Shown piece by piece: positions 30,297-39,504 of a stretch of DNA of 64,000 bases. The notes below the pieces were generated by a model. It did no database searches and was not told where the DNA came from. It saw only the letters and a list, made by a program, of their open reading frames with translations. The stretch is from an uncultured Acidobacteriota bacterium (GTDB lineage Bacteria; Acidobacteriota; Vicinamibacteria; Vicinamibacterales; JAKQTR01). Location: assembly GCA_963817885.1 (NCBI GenBank), contig CAWFQE010000004.1, forward strand, positions 21,419 to 85,418. The letters are read 5' to 3'. The position numbers and the translations under genes were made by a program. Numbering within the stretch: position 1 is the first letter of the stretch; every line of letters starts with the position of its first letter.

Positions 30297-32339
30297 CTAC
30301 TTCCCGGCCAGTTTCCTGGCGCGATCCTGCGCGTCGCGATAGCGGGAGGAACCGGCCGGGACCTTGAGATACGCGTTCCTGGCGTCCGCGTAGGCAGAGA
30401 GCCTGCGCTCGTAGACCTCGCCCGCCTTGAACCACGCGTCCAGCTTCGTCTGAGGGAACTGCGTGCCCAGGTTCGCGTAGATCCCGGCGGCCTGGCGGTA
30501 CAGTTTCAGGTCCTCGTACATTTCTCCCATCCGCCACATCGCCGGCTCGGACGCCTGGTTGCCCGGGGCGCGTTCGACCAGCAGGCGCCGCGTCATGAGG
30601 GAGGCCGGCACGGTGATGCCGAGCGTCGGATCGAGCTCTTTCAGCCTGGCCTTGTCCTCGAGCGCGATCTTCGTGTTCATCGCGGGAACAAACCAGCTCG
30701 AGGACGGGAACTCCTCGCCGATGATGGCGAGCCGTTTGCGGATCTCGGCGTCGCCGGCCCTGGTTTTCTCGAGCAGCCGGCATTCGTTGAAGAGGGCCGC
30801 GGCAATGCGCGGATCACTCCGGTAGCGCTTCGTCACGTCCTCGTAGGTTACGATGGCGTCCTGCGGGCGGCCCTCGCGTTCCTGAACCTGTGCCAGCAGC
30901 AGGAAGGCGTCCAGCCCGGATGGCGTCTTGTCGTACAACGCCAGGAAGGCCCGAAGATCGTCGACCGCGGTTCCCGACCGCCCGGCTTCGATGGAGGCCT
31001 TGATCGGCGCAAGCGCCCGGGCGGCATCCTCGTTGAGCTTCGGGGTCGCTTTCAGGTTCGGCGGCGGGGTCGACATCGTGTCCGGCACCCGCGAGCCCGT
31101 CGCGGGTTTCCCGCTGACGGGCGCCGTGGCTGCAATCGGAGCGGACGAGGGCGCAGGACTGGTGGCCCCTGGTGAGGCCTGGGCGATATCGGTCGCGGGA
31201 CTTGCCGGCGCCGTTTCTGCCGGACGCTCCGGCGCCGCCGCGACGGGAGGCACCGGTACCGAAGCGGCGGGATCGGCCGCGCGTTTGGGCGCCGTGCCTT
31301 TGCCGGACGAAGCGGGATCGGCTGCCGGTGTCTGAACCGCCTCGGGCGAGGCCGCATCCGGCGACGGCGCACGTCCGCGCAGGAACCCGACTATCGCTCC
31401 AATCACGATCAGGAGGATGACGGCACCGCCGGCGATCATCAGCATCCGGCTTCGCGGCGGCGCCTGGATGTTGCCGTCGGCAGGCGCCTCTTTGAACAGC
31501 CGCCCGCCCGAGAGCCGCTTCAACTCGCTGATGAGCTGGTAGTCCTCGACCTCCTCGACCTTGTCGAGCTCCTCCAGGAACTTGGCGACCGAGGCGTATC
31601 GCTGGCCGGGATCCGAGGCCAGGCATTTCAGCACGATCGGATCCAGCTCCAGCGGCAATTGCCGGTTGAGTTCGCTCGGCAGGTTGAACTTGCCCGACGG
31701 AACCGTGCCCGTGAGCGCCTCGTAGCACACCACGCCGAGCGAGTAGATGTCCGCGCGCTCGTCCGGGGCGCGGCCGTCGCGGGCTTCGGGCGCCCAGTAG
31801 GGCAGCGTGCGAAGGTCCGACAGCGCCGCCGTCACGGTTCCCGTTTCGGCCGAGGGGGCCCTCATGTGTGACTGCGCGAACGCCTTGAGCTTGATGGCGG
31901 ACAGATCCTTGGCCACCAGGATCGCGTTCGGGTTCAGGCTGCCGTGGATGACCCCGTGCTCGTGCGCGAAGGCGAGGCCCTTGGCCGCTTCCCGGACCAC
32001 GTGGATCGCGGCGGCCAGCGTCAGCCGGTCCGTCGTCAGCCGGCCGGCGAGGGTGGTGCCGTCCACGTACTCCATGACCACGTAGAGCTGATCGCCGTCC
32101 TGGCCGTGGTCGATCACCCGGAGGATGTTCGGGTGGGAGAGGTTCTCGAGGACTTCGTGCTCGTGCGCGAACCGGGCGACCCGTTCGACCTTGCGCTGCG
32201 AGCGCGGCGACAGCACCTTGATGGCGACCAGGCCCGCGTTCTGGTTCCGGCGCGCCTTGTAGACGGGGCCTCGCGACCCGGTGCCGGCCACCCCCAGGAT
32301 CTCGTACGGGCCGATGCGGTGCGGATCTTCAGGCGGCAT
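30297..32339 (-). CDS. Ser/Thr protein-kinase-like protein (predicted pseudokinase), TM segment, C-terminal TPR-like domain
   Basis: ATG at 32339 (MPPEDPHRIGPYEILGVAGTGSRGPVYKARR). The VAIK lysine is present (LVAIKVL). The HRD box reads VIHGSLNPNAIL and the DFG box reads KLKAFAQS. A TM segment MLMIAGGAVILLIVIGAIVGF follows, then a TPR-like C-terminus. Confidence 0.75.
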   Translation of the reverse strand: MPPEDPHRIGPYEILGVAGTGSRGPVYKARRNQNAGLVAIKVLSPRSQRKVERVARFAHEHEVLENLSHPNILRVIDHGQDGDQLYVVMEYVDGTTLAGRLTTDRLTLAAAIHVVREAAKGLAFAHEHGVIHGSLNPNAILVAKDLSAIKLKAFAQSHMRAPSAETGTVTAALSDLRTLPYWAPEARDGRAPDERADIYSLGVVCYEALTGTVPSGKFNLPSELNRQLPLELDPIVLKCLASDPGQRYASVAKFLEELDKVEEVEDYQLISELKRLSGGRLFKEAPADGNIQAPPRSRMLMIAGGAVILLIVIGAIVGFLRGRAPSPDAASPEAVQTPAADPASSGKGTAPKRAADPAASVPVPPVAAAPERPAETAPASPATDIAQASPGATSPAPSSAPIAATAPVSGKPATGSRVPDTMSTPPPNLKATPKLNEDAARALAPIKASIEAGRSGTAVDDLRAFLALYDKTPSGLDAFLLLAQVQEREGRPQDAIVTYEDVTKRYRSDPRIAAALFNECRLLEKTRAGDAEIRKRLAIIGEEFPSSSWFVPAMNTKIALEDKARLKELDPTLGITVPASLMTRRLLVERAPGNQASEPAMWRMGEMYEDLKLYRQAAGIYANLGTQFPQTKLDAWFKAGEVYERRLSAYADARNAYLKVPAGSSRYRDAQDRARKLAGK

Positions 32340-33609
32340 CTGCTTCAAACACCATGATCGTGCCGCCGATCGCAATGCGGTCGAGCGGATTCAGGCTGCA
32401 GCGATCGACCTTCACGCCGTTGACCAGCGTGCCGAAGCTGCTGCCGAGGTCCTCGATGAGAAACCCGCCGCCGGCCCAGCTGATCCGCGCGTGCTCCTTG
32501 CTGGCCTGCGCGTCGTTCAGCTGGATGTCGCAGGTCGGGGCGCGTCCGATCGTCGACGGCCGATCCGAGAGCCGGATGGTGAGGCCGGCGCCGGCCCCGT
32601 CGCTCACGTAGAGGCGCGCGCGTGGCTCGGCCGCGCCGTCGGCCTGCGCCCGCGCCCGCGGAGCGACCTCGATGGTGCGAATCGGGTACGGGATCGTGAT
32701 GCCATTGCGCTTGAACGATTCCCAGATGCGGGCGCGCAGGTCGCTCTTGATCCGATCCACGTCGGCGATGTCCTTGATCCAGACGCGAAGTTCGTACTGG
32801 ATGGCGCTGTCCTGGTAGTCGCGGACCTGCACGTCGGGCGACGGCTTTTCGAGCGTGCCGTCGACGCCCGGGCACGCACTCGAGCAGGGCGCGGCGGACC
32901 CGGTACGGCGGCGCCGAGTAGTGCGCGCCGATCCAGACCCGCGCCATGTGCATCGGGTTCGGGTAGTAGTAGTTGAGAATCCGCTCTTCCGAGATCTTGC
33001 CGTTGGGCAGGATCAGGTTGTCGTTGTCCCTGGTCCGCAGGTGCGTCGTCCGCCACGTGATCTCGACGATGCGTCCCTCGACGTCGCCGACCTTGATCCA
33101 GTCGTTGATCCGGAACGGCTTCTCGATCGCGATGACGACGCCGGCGATGAGGTTGCGTGAGGATCGGCTGGAGCGCCAGGCCGAGGACGAGCGAGGTGAC
33201 CGCGCTCGTCGCAAACAGCGGCGCCAGGCTGATGTCCTGGTAGACGAGCTTGAGGATGATGAATCCCGCCACCACGTAGATGACGCCCTGCGTGACCGGG
33301 GCCAGCAGCGGCGGCAGCTGCACGCCCCGGTTGGCGCGCAGGTGGATGTCGAAGATGTAGATGCCGACCAGCCGCAGGACGACGATCACCGCCAGGAACG
33401 CCAGCAGCGCCGTGAAGACCTGCTCCGAGTCGGGCAGCAGGGTGACGCCCGAGAGCTTGTAGACAGCCAGGCCGGCCGCGACCGCGGCGACAATCAGGAC
33501 GAACGTGAGCTGGCGGACGATGGAGAAGCGATCGGCGCAGGTAGAAGACGGCCCCGATGATCAGGACCGTCACGCCCAGCGACGCCGTCAGCGCGAGGAG
33601 GGTCGGCAT
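32329..33609 (-). CDS. MscS-family mechanosensitive channel with C-terminal FHA domain (at least 3 frame breaks)
   Basis: The conserved sequence hops across track ORFs 33013..33609, 32604..33389, 32345..33214 and 32329..32832. MscS core: NLIAGVVIAIEKPFRINDWIKVGDVEGRIVEITWRTTHLRTRDNDNLILPNGKI. FHA: STIGRAPTCDIQLNDAQASKEHARISWAGGGFLIEDLGSSFGTLVNG. Confidence 0.7.
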
Positions 33610-33656
33610 GGTAATCAGCGTCGGGATTATACATCGCGACGCTGAACGGCCGGAGC

Positions 33657-33899
33657 AGGTTACAGGTTACAGGTTACAGGTTACAGGTTACAGGGTGCAC
33701 GCTGTCAGGTTACAGGCCACGGGCTGTGGGCCACCAACGGGACACGATGTGTTTTGACCATGGCCCAAAGCCTGTAGCCTGCAGCGTGCATCGTGCTGCC
33801 TGTAGCCTGCAGCGTGCATCGTGCTGCGTGTAGCCTGCAGCGTGCATCGTGCTGCGTGTAGCGTGCGTTCTGTAACCTGTAACCTATAACCTGTAACCT
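33657..33899. repeat. Intergenic element with complementary heptamer-array arms and an internal 28-nt tandem repeat
   Basis: (AGGTTAC)x5 at 33657-33691. The complementary arm (GTAACCT/ATAACCT)x4 is at 33872-33899. tgtagcctgcagcgtgcatcgtgctgc[c/g] starts at 33773, 33801 and 33829, with a partial copy at 33857. Confidence 0.85.
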
Positions 33900-34761
33900 A
33901 CTTCATGATCGTCGCCTTCACCTCGATGGTGATCTTCCGGTCGCTCAGCGCGTCGGAGGATTGCGCAACGACCAGCGGCACACCGCTGTCCAGGACGACC
34001 GCGAGGCTTTCCGAGACCGAGGTGTTGCCGCCCGGGATTCCTTCCGCCGGCGGATCGTCGAGGAGGTTGTACTCCAGCGTGAAGTCGACCCAGATCTTGT
34101 TGCCTTCAACCGAGGGCCTGACATCGATCGACAACGGGGCCTGGCGCCGTTCCGTTGATGGTCCCACCTTCTGGAAATACGACGCGTTGGTGCGAATCCG
34201 GCTGAACTCCCCGCTCCCGATCGTCATCGCCATCGACTTCTTCGTCGGCGGCTTGCTCCCGAGCTGATCGGTGATGGTGAATTCGACTTTGACCGCGATC
34301 ATCTTCCGGGGCTCCGCCCTGACGACTTTCGGGGCCGCCTGCGCAACGGCAGCTGGCGCTGGTACCGGCATCGCGACCTTGGGGGCCTGCCCGGGAGCCG
34401 GCGGGGGCGGCGGTGGCGGCGGCACCTGATCGTCGGCCACATCGGGAGGAGCTGGCGGCTCCATCGCGATTTCCGGCCTCACCGTTGCACGAGGCGACAT
34501 CGGCGCCTGTGCGGGCCTCGGCATTGGCGGCGTCGGCGCGACCTGCGGCACGGCAGCGAACCGGGCCGGGGCAGGCGCGGGCATGACCGGCATCGGTGCC
34601 ATGGCGGGACTCGGCAAAGTGGCCAGCGTCGCCGGCATCACGGCAGGGGCCCCTGTGGGCGCGGGCGGTGCCGTTGCGGGGACCGGCATCTGGGCCAGAG
34701 CGAGCGCAGGCAGAAGTATCAGGGCAACAGCGGCGAACATGACGAAACGTGGAGCTTTCAT
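33898..34761 (-). CDS. Secreted proline/alanine-rich protein with a beta-rich C-terminal domain
   Basis: Signal peptide MKAPRFVMFAAVALILLPALALAQ, a ~130-aa Pro/Ala-rich tract, then IAVKVEFTITDQLGSKPP...KITIEVKATIMK. Its start overlaps the stop of the upstream gene. Confidence 0.5.
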   Translation of the reverse strand: MKAPRFVMFAAVALILLPALALAQMPVPATAPPAPTGAPAVMPATLATLPSPAMAPMPVMPAPAPARFAAVPQVAPTPPMPRPAQAPMSPRATVRPEIAMEPPAPPDVADDQVPPPPPPPPAPGQAPKVAMPVPAPAAVAQAAPKVVRAEPRKMIAVKVEFTITDQLGSKPPTKKSMAMTIGSGEFSRIRTNASYFQKVGPSTERRQAPLSIDVRPSVEGNKIWVDFTLEYNLLDDPPAEGIPGGNTSVSESLAVVLDSGVPLVVAQSSDALSDRKITIEVKATIMK

Positions 34762-35402
34762 CGGAGTTCTCTCCTTTGCGGCTCACCCGAGCCGGCGGTC
34801 GTGGGCGAAATCGGGATCGGGGCAATGTCCGGGATGGGCGCGATATCGATGTCGGTGATGGCGATCTCGGCCGGGTCAATCGATCTCAGGGCAATGGGCG
34901 CCGGGGGCGGGAGCGGCGCAGGGCCCCGCGCGACGGTTTCGGATTCGGCTGTCGCCGCGCCAGCCGCGCGGCGGTTCGTGGAGGTGCCGTTCGTCCCTGC
35001 CACGTGCGGCCCCGCCTGAGCCGCCTCAGCGCCGGTTGCGGCCAATTGCGACTCGGGCGACGTGCCGGCCGAGTGCCCCGGCATTGCAGCCTGGTGTGTC
35101 GCTTCAGCAGCCTGGCCTGTCGGCGATGCAGCCGGGCGCGACGTATTCGTGGCCTGCTCGGGCTGATGCGTCGGCCGCGCCTGTCTCGCCAGCCAGAGCC
35201 CGGTTCCCAGGGCGAGTACGAGCATCGCCAGCGCGCCGGCCCACGCCAGGCGCCCGATCGGCCGCCGGCCGCGCTCAGGCGCCGCGAGCCGATCCATCAG
35301 CCTGGCCCTGAACGAGGGGTCCACGTCGCGGTCCACCATCTCGCGCGCGACCTGGTCGATGGCCTCGTCGAGTTGCCGCTCCGTCAGATTCCTGTCACCC
35401 AT
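34758..35402 (-). CDS. Putative anti-sigma factor (single-pass membrane protein)
   Basis: It sits immediately after, and overlaps, an ECF sigma gene. A short cytoplasmic N-terminus is followed by one TM segment (LAWAGALAMLVLALGTGLWLA) and a low-complexity periplasmic tail. Confidence 0.4.
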   Translation of the reverse strand: MGDRNLTERQLDEAIDQVAREMVDRDVDPSFRARLMDRLAAPERGRRPIGRLAWAGALAMLVLALGTGLWLARQARPTHQPEQATNTSRPAASPTGQAAEATHQAAMPGHSAGTSPESQLAATGAEAAQAGPHVAGTNGTSTNRRAAGAATAESETVARGPAPLPPPAPIALRSIDPAEIAITDIDIAPIPDIAPIPISPTTAGSGEPQRRELR

Positions 35403-35961
35403 GGCCGTATCCCAGCCTGCCGAGCCTGACCTTCAACTGCTTGCGCGCCTCGGACATGCGCCATTTCACGGTCCCGACCGGGATGCCGAGCATCCGCGGC
35501 GATCTCCTCGTAGGTGTAGTCGCCGGTGGACGCCGAGCAACAAGCGTGTCGCGCAGTTTCGGCGGCAGCGCCGCCAATCAGCCGACTCAGGTGGCCGCCT
35601 CAGCTCGCCGTCGATCAGGGTCTGTTCCTGCGTCCGTCCCAGGGCCATCGGATCCCAGCCTGTGTCCGCGTCCGGCGGCGACGAAACGCCTCATCAGCGT
35701 CCTGACGCTGCGCCGCCGGGTCAGGGCCTTGCGCCACGCGATCGAGAGCAGCCACGTCTTGAAGCTCGACTCGTCCCGGAACGACGACAGGTGGCGATAG
35801 GCGGCGATGAAGGCCTCCTGGGCCACTTCTTCGGCATCCTCGGTCGACCCGGTGGCGGCGAGCGCGGCGCGATACACCGCCCGACGGTGCCGGTCGACCA
35901 GCTCGCCAAAGGCGGCAGACTCGCCCGACCGGGCCCGCTCGACCAGCGCCGAATCGCTCAC
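35395..35961 (-). CDS. ECF (group 4) sigma-70 factor, reading frame broken several times within ~150 nt
   Basis: Region 2: FGELVDRHRRAVYRAALAATGSTEDAEEVAQEAFIAAYRHLSSFRDESSFKTWLLSIAWRKAL. Region 4 pieces (LPPKLRDTL / STGDYTYEEIAA / MLGIPVGTVKWRMSEARKQLK) are found in three different frames. A GTG start at 35961 is proposed. Confidence 0.7.
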
Positions 35962-36028
35962 ACTTCCAATAGACACAGGTGGGGAGATGTTGGTTGGTAC
36001 TTTGAAAGGATGCAAGGCCCCGGAATTC

Positions 36029-36275
36029 CGGCTCGCGGCTCGCGGCTGGCGGCTGGCGACGCGCAGAACGCGCTGACCGACGGCCTGGACGCGTAACCCA
36101 TGTCCTGGCGCCGCACGCTCAACGCCCGGCCTCCATTTGACGGTCGCCTCCCGTGATTCGTGGAGACCGGGGTCCTCGGACCCCGGGAGCTCCGCCGGCC
36201 GAGCAGGCGGGCGACTGCGCTGGCCGCGCTCTGGCCGCCAGCCGCCAGCCGCAGCCGTAAGCCCCAAGCCCCTGT
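36029..36275. repeat. Intergenic element with complementary heptamer-array arms (GGCTSGC / GCCGCCA)
   Basis: Left arm ggctcgcggctcgcggctggcggctggcg at 36029-36057. Right arm gccgccagccgccagccgcagccgtaagccccaagcc at 36236-36272. The reverse complement of the right arm contains ggctggcggctggcggc. A hairpin gaccggggtcctcggaccccgg lies inside. Confidence 0.75.
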
Positions 36276-36321
36276 TGTTGATCGCCCCTCCGGCACGCTA
36301 CACTCAACTGTTGGACGATGA

Positions 36322-36460
36322 GGCTTGGCGAATCGCACTGCGGCCCGGACCCTGTGCAATCTCGAATTTGTGAACCGTGTCAGGGCCGGAAGGCAGCAGC
36401 ACTCAGCAGATCCCGCGATGTGCCGCAGGACCATCCGGGCCGCAGTGGGGTTCGCCAGGC
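36322..36460 (+). ncRNA. ffs: Signal recognition particle RNA (4.5S-type)
   Basis: The conserved domain-IV core gtcagggccggaaggcagcagc matches the E. coli 4.5S GUCAGGUCCGGAAGGAAGCAGC. The 5-prime arm ggcttggcgaatcgcactgcggcccgga pairs with the 3-prime arm tccgggccgcagtggggttcgccaggc. The position directly upstream of dnaX-ybaB-recR is a common synteny. Confidence 0.8.
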
Positions 36461-36525
36461 TAGGGGCTAGGGACTAGGCGCTAGGGGCTAGGGACTAGGC
36501 GCTAGGCTAGGCGCTGGGCGCGGTT
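36459..36525. repeat. Heptamer tandem array (CTAGGNN) abutting the SRP RNA 3-prime end
   Basis: ctagggg ctaggga ctaggcg ctagggg ctaggga ctaggcg ctagg ctaggcg ctgggcg. This amounts to two copies of a 21-nt unit plus degenerate heptads. Confidence 0.8.
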
Positions 36526-36743
36526 GGTCGGGGCCTTGGACCCGAAGCGGGTGAGTAGCCGATGATCCCACTCGCCTGCGGCCGACAGCCGACAACCGAT
36601 CCGATGACCGGACGCCGAGTTCCGACAGCCTGGAGCCTGAACCTGGTAGCCCGAAACCAGAAACAACCCGTAGCCTGAATTCGGCAGCCTGAGGCGTTAC
36701 AAGGCCTCCAGCCGCCAGCCTCCAGCCGAGAGCCGTTTCGCCC

Positions 36744-38593
36744 ATGTCCTATACCGTCATTGCCCGGCGCTGGCGCCCGCAGAAGCTCGATGATGTCGTG
36801 GGTCAGCGCGCGGTCACCCAGACCTTGCGCAACGCCGTCACCCGCGGGCGCATCGCCCAGGCCTTCGTGTTCGCCGGGCCGCGCGGCGTCGGCAAGACCA
36901 CGACCGCGCGCATCCTCGCCCGCATGCTCAACTGCGTGGACGGGCCGACCGCCGACCCCTGCGGAACGATGCGAAGCCTGCGTCGAGATTGCCGACGGCG
37001 CGCGACATGGACGTCCTCGAGATCGACGCCGCCACGCACACCGGCATCGACAACGTGCGCGAGGTCATCATCTCGGGCCTGGCCATCATGCCGGTCCGCG
37101 ACCGCTACAAGGTGTTCATCATCGACGAGGTCCACCAGCTCTCGGCCTCGTCGTTCAACGCCCTGCTCAAGTCGATCGAGGAGCCGCCGCCGCACGTCGC
37201 CTTCATCATGGCGACCACGGCGCCCGACAAGATCCCGGACACGATCGTGTCCCGGGCGCAGCTGTTCGAGTTCCGCACGATTTCGAGCGGCGCGATTGCC
37301 GACCAGCTCAGAAGAATCGCCGAGAACAGGGATCCCCGGTCCGTCCCGACGTTCACGGCGAGTCGGAACCCCTCGAACAGGCGCGAATCACCGTGTCGGA
37401 CGAGGCGCTGGCGCTCATCGCCCGCGCGGCCGAAGGCAGCATGCGCGACGCCGAGACGGCCTTCGATCAGGTGATCGCCTTTGCCGGCACCACGATCACG
37501 ATCGAGGACGTGGCGACGGTGCTCGGCCTGGTCGGGCGCGATCTGCTCTTCGACATCCTGACGGCGGTGGCCGACGAGAACGCGCCTGCCGCCTTCGAGC
37601 TGGCCGGCCGCGCCGTGGAGTCGGGCTACGACCTCCGCATGCTGTGCCGCGAGCTGTCGCGCCTGGTGCGGGACGTGATGGTGCTCAACGTCGATCCGTC
37701 GCGGATGGAGGATGGGGAGATCGCGCCGGAAGGCGATCGCCCGCGCCTGGCGGCGTTGATGCCGCGCTTCTCGCGCGAGGATCTGCTGAGGGCGTTCGAT
37801 CAGCTGACGCGCGCCGAGCTGGACATCCGGAACTCGACCGAGCCGCGCCACCAGCTCGAGATGGCGCTGCTGCGATGGATGCACCTGCGCAAGCTGGCGC
37901 CGCTCTCCGAGATCATCGCCGGCCTGCAGGGCGGCGGGAGCCCGCGGCGGCTCCCCGAGTACGCCGGGCCGGCCAGGGCCAGCGCCCGGGCCCGGCCGCG
38001 CCGTTGCCGGGACCGCGCCGCCCGGCGAGACGGCGAGACCCCCGGCGTCGACAGCCGCTCGCGTGGCGGAGGTCCGGGCGTCGCGCGCGGCAGCGCCGGC
38101 GACCTCACCAGCCTCCGCCCCGGCCCCCGCGCCAGAGAGAGCCCAGCGCGACGCGGAACCGGCGCCGGTCGACGGGCGGAACGCCGGTGGCCTGAAGGAG
38201 CGCCTGCTCGGCGAGATCCAGCGCAGCCGCGCCGTCCTCTACGGAACCGTTGTCGCGCAGGCCCAGCGCATCGAGGTGACGGCCGACCGCGTGACGTTCA
38301 CCTTCTCGCCGACGCACCGGATCCTGGCCGACCAGGTGACACAGCAGAAGGCCTGGATCGAGAGCCTGGCCACGGGCCTCGCGGGCCGGCCCATCACGGT
38401 GGCCTCGGCGGTAGGCGATGCCGCCGCTCCGCGCGAGCCGGTGTCCGGCACGCTCGGACCCGCCAGTGGCGCATCCAGGGGGCCTGAGCCGGCCGACCTG
38501 AAGGCCGAAGCCCTCGCGAACCCTGCCGTGCAGGCGCTTCTCGAAATCTTCCCGGTCGAGATCCGGGGCGTCGAGGAAGTCGAGCCACAATGA
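36744..38593 (+). CDS. dnaX: DNA polymerase III subunit gamma/tau, reading frame broken at least 5 times
   Basis: [64 protein letters not shown]. Next come [61 protein letters not shown], and [20 protein letters not shown]... The C-terminal domain ends ..[18 protein letters not shown]. These segments lie in different frames (track ORFs 36744, 36760, 36989, 38063). Confidence 0.85.
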
Positions 38594-38888
38594 ACATCCA
38601 GCAGATGATGAAGCAGGCGCAGCGGATGCAGGAGCAGATGCAGCGCCAGATGGCGGAAATGCGAGTCGAGGCCACCGCCGGCGGCGGCATGGTCACCGTC
38701 GTGGTCAGCGGCAGCAAGGTGCTCGCAGTCGATCACCATCGATCCCGGAGTGCGTGTCGAAAGAAGACGTCGAGATGCTCCAGGACATGGTGGTGGCCGC
38801 GATCAACGACGCCTTCCGCAAGGTGGACGAGCAGCTGCAGAGCCAGCTCGGCGGCATGATGGGCGGGATGAAGATACCGGGCATGTAA
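38590..38888 (+). CDS. ybaB: YbaB/EbfC nucleoid-associated protein (two frame breaks near 38730 and 38757)
   Basis: [45 protein letters not shown], then ITIDPGV, then [42 protein letters not shown]-stop, in three frames. The ATG overlaps the dnaX stop. Confidence 0.8.
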
Positions 38889-38903
38889 AATGGACCGGCC
38901 ATC

Positions 38904-39500
38904 ATGTCCCAACCCGAATCACTGACCCGACTCATCGAGCAGCTCCAGCGCCTGCCCGGCATCGGCCGCAAGAGCGCCCAGCGCCTCGCGTTCCACATCC
39001 TGCGCACGCCGCGCGAAGAGGCCGATCGTCTGTGCGAGGCCGTGCGCGACGTGAAGGACCGGGTCACCTACTGCTCGAACTGCAACAACGTCACCGACGT
39101 CGATCCGTGCGCGCTCTGCACCGATGACACCCGCAATCGCCGCCTCATCTGCGTCGTCGAGGAGCCGCAGAACGTGTACGCCATCGAGCGCAGCCGCGAC
39201 TTCAACGGCGTCTACCACGTGCTGATGGGCGCCCTGTCGCCGCTCCAGGGAATCGGTCCCGACGAGCTGCGGATCAAGGGCCTGCTGAAGCGGGTGGCCG
39301 ACGACGGCGCCGACGAGATCATCCTCGCCACCAACCCCAACGTCGAAGGTGAGGCGACGGCGATCTATCTCGCCCGCCTCTTGAAGCCGCTCGGCGTCAG
39401 GGTCACACGCATCGCCATGGGCGTTCCGGTCGGCAGCGATCTCGAGTACGCCGACGAGATCACGATGCACAAGTCTCTCGAGGGGCGACGGGAGGTTTAG
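38904..39500 (+). CDS. recR: Recombination protein RecR
   Basis: [24 protein letters not shown] (HhH), zinc-finger C-x2-C...C-x2-C ([17 protein letters not shown]), and a Toprim region [16 protein letters not shown]. The frame is intact at 198 aa. Confidence 0.95.
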   Translation: MSQPESLTRLIEQLQRLPGIGRKSAQRLAFHILRTPREEADRLCEAVRDVKDRVTYCSNCNNVTDVDPCALCTDDTRNRRLICVVEEPQNVYAIERSRDFNGVYHVLMGALSPLQGIGPDELRIKGLLKRVADDGADEIILATNPNVEGEATAIYLARLLKPLGVRVTRIAMGVPVGSDLEYADEITMHKSLEGRREV

Positions 39501-39504
39501 CCGC

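Noticed and set aside
36744-38593. A programmed ribosomal frameshift in dnaX, as in E. coli gamma/tau.
   Set aside because: There are at least five frame changes, spread along the gene, including inside the ATPase core. None sits at a slippery heptamer with a downstream hairpin. The neighbouring ybaB is also broken, which fits sequence error better.
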